NCBI GenBank assembly: GCA_043810775.1
Contig: JBDRNU010000005.1
Span: forward strand, 1-22,347
Origin: an archaeon
GTDB lineage: Archaea; Nanobdellota; Nanobdellia; Pacearchaeales; GW2011-AR1
Direction: 5' to 3'
DNA: 22,347 nt
Each line of letters begins with the position of its first letter. Position 1 is the first letter of the stretch. The translations under genes and the position numbers were made by a program. This document shows positions 1-6,812 of the stretch, piece after piece. The notes under the pieces were generated by a model. It worked only from the letters and a program-made list of their open reading frames with translations. It was not told the origin of the DNA and searched no databases.

Positions 1-1
1 A

Positions 2-250
2 ATTGAAGCAATTAAAATTGTCAGAAAGCTCGTAGGAGAAACTCCCTACCCAGATGAATGCTCTCCAGGCACTATTCGCGGAGATTTTGCTCACATTTCA
101 AAAGTCTATGCTAATAAGCATGAAAAAAAAGTAGGCAATCTGATTCATGCTTCAGCTAACGAAAAAGACGCTGAATTTGAAGTTTCTCTCTGGTTCTCAA
201 AAAAAGAAATGCATACTTATTCTACAGTCCACGATAAGCATATAATTTAA
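2..250 (+). CDS. ndk: Nucleoside diphosphate kinase, C-terminal part (5' truncated by window)
   Basis: Manual translation from position 2: IEAIKIVRKLVGETPYPDECSPGTIRGDFAH...GNLIHASANEKDAEFEVSLWF...; PGTIRGDF and NxIHAS (catalytic His) are NDK signatures; stop TAA 248-250. Confidence 0.93.
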   Translation: MEAIKIVRKLVGETPYPDECSPGTIRGDFAHISKVYANKHEKKVGNLIHASANEKDAEFEVSLWFSKKEMHTYSTVHDKHII

Positions 251-964
251 TTATTTTTTATTTCTCAAGTAAAAAAATAAAATAGATGCCAAAATTAGTA
301 TCTCACCTATAAAGAATATTATCCAATTATAGCTTAAAGGAATATATTCTGAAATAATCTCCATAAATTCATGATTGCTAGCTAAAGTTAAAAACTCGCG
401 AAAATATCCGTTTTCAAGCATTAATTTCCCATAGTCAAACAAAAAAGTATAAAGTATAATGAGCGAGCCGCTAATAAAAAGAATTTTCTCTCTCAAATCT
501 ACCCTTATATTTTGGTTTCTTGCCTGAAAGTTAAGTATCAAAATAGACACTAAAATAATAGTTAGAGAGTATAAAATTGGAACTATCATCGGGCTTGCCC
601 ACGGAATAGGAATAAGAAAAAGCAAATCCCAAGTCAGCACTGAACTAGGCCAGTCTAAGATTACCTTCAGCCATATATAATAAAAAATATCCCAGATTGC
701 AAAACTATAAAAAAAGTATGCTAGTTTTCCATAAAACTTCTTCCCAGCCAAAAAAGCCACACAAGCAAGCATTACAATTGTAAAAAACTCGCGAACCCAC
801 TCTATTAAAATTATACTTGGATTAATCAACCCTGAAAGCGGAAAGTCAAATCCATTTGGATAAAAAAGCATCCTTAAATAAACCACTACAACTGTCTCAA
901 TAAAAGCCATAGCTATTGCAAAAAGTCCAACAATGGCTAGCTTTATACTATCCTCTTTTTTCAT
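251..964 (-). CDS. Multi-pass membrane protein of unknown function
   Basis: 237-aa ORF with about 6-7 hydrophobic segments and conserved-looking motifs (ETVVVVYLR, WDIFYY, WDLLFLIPIPW); its stop abuts the ndk stop. Confidence 0.75.
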   Translation of the reverse strand: MKKEDSIKLAIVGLFAIAMAFIETVVVVYLRMLFYPNGFDFPLSGLINPSIILIEWVREFFTIVMLACVAFLAGKKFYGKLAYFFYSFAIWDIFYYIWLKVILDWPSSVLTWDLLFLIPIPWASPMIVPILYSLTIILVSILILNFQARNQNIRVDLREKILFISGSLIILYTFLFDYGKLMLENGYFREFLTLASNHEFMEIISEYIPLSYNWIIFFIGEILILASILFFYLRNKK

Positions 965-1031
965 CTTAAATCTTCATCAGAAGTTTAAGAGGCAAAAACT
1001 TCAGTAGTTTTTTCATAATACACCTTCTCAA

Positions 1032-1046
1032 GGAAACTTTATATAT
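1032..1046 (+). promoter_or_regulatory. Archaeal BRE/TATA promoter of tRNA-Arg
   Basis: GGAAAC followed by TTTATATA (1038-1045), about 25 bp upstream of the tRNA 5' end at 1067. Confidence 0.6.
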
Positions 1047-1066
1047 TATTCTGTGCTTTATCTAAA

Positions 1067-1150
1067 GTCCCCATAGTTCAGCGGATAGAACGCGACCTTG
1101 CGGAATTTTGTAAAAAGGTTGAGACCGGGGTTCAAATCCTCGTGGGGGCA
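1067..1150 (+). tRNA. tRNA-Arg(GCG) with 12-nt intron at 37/38 (1104-1115); CCA not encoded
   Basis: Acceptor GTCCCCA/TGGGGGC, D stem GTTC/GAAC, anticodon stem CGACC/GGTTG, anticodon GCG 1100-1102, T arm CGGGG-TTCAAAT-CCTCG; 19 nt between anticodon stem strands = 7-nt loop + 12-nt intron. Confidence 0.92.
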
Positions 1151-1278
1151 TTATGCAATTGAACGAAGTGAAATTGCATTTCCCAAGGGGATTTAGTGAC
1201 AGCCAAACTCTGATATTCAAATCCCGAGCTTTTTCACGAGGCAATATTATTAATTAAATAACGAGTGAGGGAGCGAGT

Positions 1279-1291
1279 TCGTGGGGGCATT
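1279..1291 (+). repeat. 13-bp direct repeat of the tRNA 3' end (att-like)
   Basis: TCGTGGGGGCATT at 1140-1152 and 1279-1291. Confidence 0.75.
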
Positions 1292-1348
1292 TAAACCTAA
1301 AGTTTTATAAAATATAAAATCCCTATAAATGCTAGAAGAGGTGTTATA

Positions 1349-1756
1349 ATGAATAAACTAACAAAAAAAGTTTCTAATAAAAATACAGAGTTAAATGCAC
1401 TTAGTTTTAGAGAAATTCTAGCAATAATATTTATATCACTTCTTATAATCTCTCTAGTGGTAAGTATTTTCTACGAATTTAAAAATAATAGTTCTGATTC
1501 ACAAAAAGAGTTGACTAATACCCAAAATCAAGAAACAACTCCATCTACAACTTCTCCTACAACTACAAATCCTCCTGAAAACCAGGAAGTAGAATATGAC
1601 TGTAATTATGTATGGTACCAACAAATAGTTGATAAAACTACAAGAGAAATTTTATGGATTTGCACACTTGATAGGCCTTATTGCAAAGCAGGAACAACTC
1701 AATGTTGTAAATGGACTCAAACAACAAGGCACTATGATTGTCAAGAGATGAAATAA
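1349..1756 (+). CDS. Membrane-anchored surface protein with Thr-rich linker and C-terminal 6-Cys module
   Basis: GAGGTG RBS at 1338-1343 and TTTATAAA box near 1304; one TM helix, TTPSTTSPTTT linker, C..C..RPYC..QCC..C module. Confidence 0.8.
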   Translation: MNKLTKKVSNKNTELNALSFREILAIIFISLLIISLVVSIFYEFKNNSSDSQKELTNTQNQETTPSTTSPTTTNPPENQEVEYDCNYVWYQQIVDKTTREILWICTLDRPYCKAGTTQCCKWTQTTRHYDCQEMK

Positions 1757-1758
1757 AA

Positions 1759-3594
1759 ATGAAACTAAAATATTTACTTTTGATTTTTGCCACAATCTTT
1801 TTTTTGTCAAATGTGCATGCTGCAACTGTTTCATGTATAACTGAGAATACTTTCCCACAAATAGTAAAAATTAATAATATTAATTATCCTTGTAATGAAG
1901 CTAGGCCCTATTGTAATTTTGAAAAAGCCAGTCAGGGAATAGGGCAGTGTTGTGCTAGTTATGGGCCTTATTCTAATTGCATATACGCTTGCACAGAAAC
2001 CTGGTGGTGTTCTAGCTGGACTGCATGTACAAATAATCAGCAGACAAGAACCTGCACTGATTCAAATAATTGTGGAACTGTTAATACTAAACCTGTGATA
2101 AGTCAGAGTTGCACATGCACAGAAAATTGGGATTGTAATTGTTGGAGTAGATGTGACACAGGAGATACTAAACAAACAAGAACCTGCACTGATTCAAATA
2201 ATTGTGGAACTAGCACTACTAAACCTATAACTGAACAAAATTGCGATCCAAATGCACTGGTAAAAATGTATTGGCCAGATATTATACAAGGAGATGTCAC
2301 AGGAGTGGGCAATACTGGTCTTAAAATAGGAGGAAACTATAGATTCTATGTCAAACAGATAAATAAAGCATCAAATCCTAAAACTGTAACTTTAATTTTA
2401 ATGAAATCTGGAGTAGATTTAATAGAAAGAACAGTTTCTGAAAATGAAACTTTTAATTATGCTGATATGATTACAGCAAAACACATCAAGATTTATGAAA
2501 ACAACAATTATGTTGAATTTTCTCTTGATGATATTTGCTTACTCCCTTCAATTGCCCCCATAGGATTTGTACCCATTACTAATGGAGCAAATAGATTTGC
2601 ACTCGCACAAGGACAATATCTTGACGCTGGTTCAGGTTATTATCTAGGAATAAACTCAATTGATGCAAAAGCATCTCCAAAACAAGCATGGATAACTCTT
2701 TGGGGGGATGGGGGGATAAAAAAAGATGATAAAGTTGTTACTCAAGACGAGACATATATATACAAGGAAAAATCATGGCAAGGAAAATCAGATGTTCCTA
2801 TGTTCAGTACAAAAATTAATTCTATTTTTGCTGGAGCCACTTCAGATATGGTGCAATTGACAGAAACCTCTCTTAATGCATGGATATATTTTTATGCTTC
2901 AAATCCAGAACCACATATAGATTATTCTTTACCGTGGCAAGCATGTACAGAAAACTGGCAGTGTTCTTCTTGGAGCTCTTGCACAAATAATCAGCAGACA
3001 AGAACCTGCACTGATTCAAATAATTGTGGAACTGTTAATACTAAACCTGTGATAAGCCAGAGTTGTACTGTTGCAGATAATTCTTCATCTTCAAATTCCG
3101 AGTCAACCCAGCAACAAACTCAGTCCTCACAAGAAACTCAAACTCAATCCCAAGATAATCAAGAACAATCTTCATTCCAAAACAACCAACAGCAATATCC
3201 TGCATTATCCCCAGATATGGCAAATCAAAACAAGAATGTAGAAAGAATGGAGAATAAATCAATTATAAAAATTGGCAATAATTCTGTTGAAACTACTTTG
3301 GGAGTTATTGAGGAAGGTTCAAAAATTTATATTAATACTTCTGAAGGGAAAATAGAAATTAAAATTTCTCCAGAAATAGCAATAAATCAAAGTAAAGATA
3401 TGGAAAACATTTACAAGATAACAATTGAGGAATACCAAGGAAAAGTAGTTTATTATATTTTTGGGATGAGAAAAGCAAAACTCTTGCTGATTTTTTCAGT
3501 TATGGCAGAAATTGAAACAAAAATAGATGTTGAATCAGGAAATATTCTTGAAATAAAAAAGCCCTGGTGGGTTTTTTTAGCTTCTGGAGTTTAG
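1759..3594 (+). CDS. Secreted Cys-rich surface protein: N-terminal Cys module, three TSP1-like CTE(N/T)WxC..W..C..QTRTCTDSNNCGT repeats, S-layer (DUF1608-like) domain, Q/S linker, PepSY-like C-terminus
   Basis: Likely start ATG 1759 (MKLKYLLLIFATIFFLSNVHA signal peptide) just after upstream stop; repeats visible in protein and DNA; C-terminal IDVESGNILEIKKPWWVFLA. Confidence 0.85.
   Translation: MKLKYLLLIFATIFFLSNVHAATVSCITENTFPQIVKINNINYPCNEARPYCNFEKASQGIGQCCASYGPYSNCIYACTETWWCSSWTACTNNQQTRTCTDSNNCGTVNTKPVISQSCTCTENWDCNCWSRCDTGDTKQTRTCTDSNNCGTSTTKPITEQNCDPNALVKMYWPDIIQGDVTGVGNTGLKIGGNYRFYVKQINKASNPKTVTLILMKSGVDLIERTVSENETFNYADMITAKHIKIYENNNYVEFSLDDICLLPSIAPIGFVPITNGANRFALAQGQYLDAGSGYYLGINSIDAKASPKQAWITLWGDGGIKKDDKVVTQDETYIYKEKSWQGKSDVPMFSTKINSIFAGATSDMVQLTETSLNAWIYFYASNPEPHIDYSLPWQACTENWQCSSWSSCTNNQQTRTCTDSNNCGTVNTKPVISQSCTVADNSSSSNSESTQQQTQSSQETQTQSQDNQEQSSFQNNQQQYPALSPDMANQNKNVERMENKSIIKIGNNSVETTLGVIEEGSKIYINTSEGKIEIKISPEIAINQSKDMENIYKITIEEYQGKVVYYIFGMRKAKLLLIFSVMAEIETKIDVESGNILEIKKPWWVFLASGV
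2029..2102 (+). repeat. 74-bp intragenic direct repeat, copy 1
   Basis: Identical to 2983-3056; a 36-bp core also recurs at 2176-2211. Confidence 0.9.
2983..3056 (+). repeat. 74-bp intragenic direct repeat, copy 2
   Basis: Identical to 2029-2102. Confidence 0.9.
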
Positions 3595-3605
3595 GAATAA
3601 TTAAA

Positions 3606-3735
3606 ATCAAGAAGTCCTTGAGTTTACCACACACTAAAGTGTGTGGTTTGTTTGGACTTCTGGATGCTCAGAAAAATAAACTACATCCTTTAGGATGTAG
3701 ACAATGCTTTGCATTGTCAAATTTTTCTGACATAA
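3606..3735. repeat. Multi-hairpin palindromic element, short copy (REP/PATE/MITE-like)
   Basis: Stems GAAGTCC/GGACTTC, ACCACACAC-TAAA-GTGTGTGGT, TCAGAAAAAT/ATTTTTCTGA, CTACATCC-TTTA-GGATGTAG, GACAATGC/GCATTGTC; shares linkers with 4585-4860. Confidence 0.85.
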
Positions 3736-3738
3736 AAA

Positions 3739-4176
3739 CTATTTCTTTTTAACTGTATCAGATTTCTTAATCAAAAATCCGCCAATAATCAAGCTTATAG
3801 CAGCTATCATTGTTAAATAAACTCCAAGACCATTATTCATGACAACATCTACTGTTTTTGAAGGAATAACTTTTGTTGTATAAATCCAAATAAGTCCAGC
3901 TGTCAAAAAAGCAACTACTCCAAGAATTATTGTAAGTATCTTTGACTTTCTAAAAAATAATAATGCAATTGCAATAACTCCACATCCTGCACTAACATAG
4001 CCAAACTTCATCCCAATACCACTAATAGACTGACTCTCTAAATTAGGAGCTAATGCAGAAAGCTCAGCTGAAAAAGAACCACTAGCCCAAGTTAAAAATG
4101 CTGCAATTATTAAAACAATAGAAGCAATAATAACTAATAAATTTTCCCAATTACTGTAAGCCTCTTTTAAATCCAT
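3739..4176 (-). CDS. Small four-helix membrane protein of unknown function
   Basis: 145 aa with four hydrophobic segments. Confidence 0.75.
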   Translation of the reverse strand: MDLKEAYSNWENLLVIIASIVLIIAAFLTWASGSFSAELSALAPNLESQSISGIGMKFGYVSAGCGVIAIALLFFRKSKILTIILGVVAFLTAGLIWIYTTKVIPSKTVDVVMNNGLGVYLTMIAAISLIIGGFLIKKSDTVKKK

Positions 4177-4210
4177 ATTTAATAAAATTTAAGAGTATAT
4201 TTAAATCTTT

Positions 4211-4528
4211 TTATCTAGGATTTAACAAATTTTTATCTATTAATTCCCAAGAACCACCCATAAGTTCACACTCCTTTTTTGAAGGAGCATTAATATAAGT
4301 TATATTTTTTTCAGTTATGGCATTTGCAGGCATGCATTTTTTAGATTTTAATTCGCAAACACTAGCATAGGAAGGGCAATCATCATCAGTATTGCATGTC
4401 CCGATTTTATTGATTTTGTTGATATCAGTTATTACACAAAGAGCCATCTTATCTCCAGAAAATACAAAAACAAAGATAATTATCAAAACAATAACCCCTA
4501 CCCCTATAAAAATATATTTCACATTCAT
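4211..4528 (-). CDS. Small membrane-anchored Cys-rich protein
   Basis: N-terminal TM helix, CNTDDDCP..C..C and CELMGGSW motifs. Confidence 0.75.
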   Translation of the reverse strand: MNVKYIFIGVGVIVLIIIFVFVFSGDKMALCVITDINKINKIGTCNTDDDCPSYASVCELKSKKCMPANAITEKNITYINAPSKKECELMGGSWELIDKNLLNPR

Positions 4529-4584
4529 AAATAGAACAAGATTTTAGCATATAAAAATTTATTGATTAAAAACTAATTAAAAAT

Positions 4585-4860
4585 ATCAAAAAGTTCCTTG
4601 AGTTTACCACATGTCAGAATTAAAAATTCTGGGCACTGTCAAAATCTATTGATTTTGAAGCCTTTAAAAGGTGTGGTTTGCTGGAACTTTAGGATGCTCA
4701 GAAAACTGAAGGTTTTCGGGCACAGAAAATTGCAAAATTCAAAACAATTTTCTTGTGCTCAGAAATGCTCATCCACATCCTAAAGCTTCAGGAATGAAAA
4801 TTCCTGATAGTCATCAAAAATCTTTGATTTTTGAGAGATGTGGTTTAATTTATGACATAA
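4585..4860. repeat. Multi-hairpin palindromic element, long copy with three nested two-hairpin inserts
   Basis: Same scaffold as 3606-3735 (ATCAA..CCTTGAGTTTACCACA..GTGTGGTTTG..GGATGCTCAGAAA..TGACATAA) with extra hairpin pairs at about 4613-4660, 4695-4755 and 4786-4836. Confidence 0.85.
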
Positions 4861-4875
4861 TATTTAGGGCATTTA

Positions 4876-5478
4876 TTAAGAATATCCTGTAAACTCCCAG
4901 CCATCAAACAAGGCTCTTCCATCTAAAACATCTAAAACAAGCTCTCTAATTTCACTAGAGCTATAATTATTATTCCTTGCTTTCTCTACCCCTTCTTCAG
5001 ACAGTTTCATCAGCATATAAGCTATTTTCCCAAGAGTCTTTTCCTTGCCATTTCTATCAAAATATAATTTAATATCAAAGCTGAAAAAAGCTCTTCCATC
5101 AGCTTCCCTTAATTTATCAGCTTCCTTGCTTCCTCCAATCTCATGACTAGCCACCAGCTCCCAAACCCCATCAATATAATCTTTTAAATATCCCTGGTTT
5201 ATTAAAAGAGCTTTCATAAATTCAGCTGACCTTAAAGCATGCTTTCCCTTATACTTGTCATAATCTGTCAATTTTTTCAGTTTAGAATCAGTTTCTTCAC
5301 TAACTGATCTTTCAATATCATGCCCTAAAGCTGCAATTTGCAGCTCTTCAGGAGCATCTGGATTTAGCTCTAAAAGAGTTCTATGTACAGTTTCAGCATG
5401 AGGCAGATTCCAAAATGCCATATCTCCCTCTCTTAAAATTTTCCTGATTTCACCTAAAGTTTCTTCTAATCTTGCCAT
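4876..5478 (-). CDS. HD-superfamily metal-dependent phosphohydrolase (DUF4202-like)
   Basis: H...EELQIAALGHDIERS...HALRSA...HE..ADKLREAD motif pattern. Confidence 0.75.
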   Translation of the reverse strand: MARLEETLGEIRKILREGDMAFWNLPHAETVHRTLLELNPDAPEELQIAALGHDIERSVSEETDSKLKKLTDYDKYKGKHALRSAEFMKALLINQGYLKDYIDGVWELVASHEIGGSKEADKLREADGRAFFSFDIKLYFDRNGKEKTLGKIAYMLMKLSEEGVEKARNNNYSSSEIRELVLDVLDGRALFDGWEFTGYS

Positions 5479-5597
5479 AACTAAAGCTTATAATCTCAAT
5501 ATTTAAACTTTCCTAAAGCAAAAGCCTTTTATAGTCACTATTTATAATAAAATCATGGGGTGGTGCTTGCCTCAGAAAGCTAATTCTGAGTAAAGAA

Positions 5598-6812
5598 ATG
5601 GTAAAATATCACTTCACTAGCAGTAACCAAGAAAAGCTCATAGTAGAATATTTTAAATCAGGAAGCTTTAATAAAGCCACATACTCAATTCAAGGAAATA
5701 AACTTCTTGTATTTAAAAATCTAGAAGGTAGCCTAATTCTTGAAGACCTCTCAAGACAAGAATTTAACAAGCTTCATTTTGGGCAAGTTACCCGCGTTCC
5801 TCACCTAGAAAGAAGCATTGATGCTGAAGAAGGCCCACGCTTTGACCTTGCCTCATTTGACCTTGAATATGCTTGCAAACAGCTAGAAGAATCACGAAAA
5901 AGAAGAGATAAAATAGGGCATATAGATGATATGGTTGCTAGATACATTAAAAATGCTAGATATAATACTCCCCATCGTCTAAAAGAACTTGCAGCCTCTC
6001 CAGAAACTCTTAATCATATTATCTCAACACAAGAAGAAAACATCGAGCAACTTGCAGAAGTCTGGTTTCCAACCTACTTATCAACACTAACTGAACAGCT
6101 TGAATCTAAGCTACTAGCTTTACAAAAAAATTTTGAAAAAAAAGTAAGGGATTATGTTCATCCTGAAGGAGATTCAAAAAAAGCTTCAAAAAAAATTCAC
6201 TCTTCAGATATTTTAGGTTCAATTTCAGAAATTTATAAGTCATTCCAGCAAGCACTCTCATTTATGTCACAGCATCCAAACTTTGATACTCAATCAGCTT
6301 CAAACTACTGGCAAAATCTAGATTCACTAGCTGAAAAGCTAAATGGTTTTGAATTTCTAAAGTATGATCCAGAATTTATATCTCATCTCTCAAGGCACTT
6401 TCCAGGAACAAGTACGCCAGGTTCAATATTTACTAAGCACTGCTTTCAAAATCCAATCCAGGTTATTGACTGGGCATTTAGTATATTAAAAAAACCAGAT
6501 TCAAAGTCATTTTATCAGGGGCAAATACTTCACTATACAGCTAAAATGCCTAATACAGTAGGTCTTGATGCAGTAATTCTAGTTTCAGAACTGCCTGATA
6601 ATACTGAAATTAAAAAAGAAAAAAGAGATGGACTTCACGAAATTAATGTAGCTTATGGCATTGAAAAAAGACCAACAAACCTCATAACAATAGTAGCAGG
6701 TCCAATTCCAGAAAAAGACTATCATGGCTTTCTCTCAATTTTTCCAGGAAAAAACTATCCTCCAATAGAAGAAGCCCCTGAAGTTTGGGAAGAGCTTGCA
6801 TTTATAGCTTAA
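5598..6812 (+). CDS. Hypothetical protein (helical N-terminal/central region; alpha/beta C-terminal domain)
   Basis: 404-aa open frame; no confidently recognised family; 3' end overlaps convergent gene by 11 bp. Confidence 0.7.
   Translation: MVKYHFTSSNQEKLIVEYFKSGSFNKATYSIQGNKLLVFKNLEGSLILEDLSRQEFNKLHFGQVTRVPHLERSIDAEEGPRFDLASFDLEYACKQLEESRKRRDKIGHIDDMVARYIKNARYNTPHRLKELAASPETLNHIISTQEENIEQLAEVWFPTYLSTLTEQLESKLLALQKNFEKKVRDYVHPEGDSKKASKKIHSSDILGSISEIYKSFQQALSFMSQHPNFDTQSASNYWQNLDSLAEKLNGFEFLKYDPEFISHLSRHFPGTSTPGSIFTKHCFQNPIQVIDWAFSILKKPDSKSFYQGQILHYTAKMPNTVGLDAVILVSELPDNTEIKKEKRDGLHEINVAYGIEKRPTNLITIVAGPIPEKDYHGFLSIFPGKNYPPIEEAPEVWEELAFIA

Noticed and set aside
975-1013. Weak hairpins GAAGTTT/AAACTTC and AAAAACT/AGTTTTT upstream of the membrane gene
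   Set aside because: Could be a decayed palindrome module, but too short and AT-rich to separate from chance
1062-1244. 60-aa minus-strand ORF
   Set aside because: Antisense to the tRNA; PRGFEPRS is the typical reverse translation of a T arm
1990-3066. Repeat pair as a diversity-generating retroelement TR/VR
   Set aside because: Both copies are coding, differences are not adenine-specific, and no reverse transcriptase is present
3079-3195. Ser/Gln-rich low-complexity tract
   Set aside because: Ordinary flexible linker with no exact tandem unit
1652-3262. Minus-strand ORFs 1652-1858, 2103-2312, 3041-3262
   Set aside because: Shadow frames opposite well-supported genes
3567-4783. Plus-strand ORFs 3567-3752 and 4598-4783
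   Set aside because: They run through the palindromic elements; their similarity (SLSLPH..VC) reflects the DNA repeat, with no clear start signals
3606-4860. Palindromes as a CRISPR array or integron attC sites
   Set aside because: No regularly spaced identical repeats with spacers, no clear RYYYAAC/GTTRRRY boxes and no integrase
5555-5593. 12-codon upstream ORF MGWCLPQKANSE
   Set aside because: Too short to support; largely explained by the embedded hairpin
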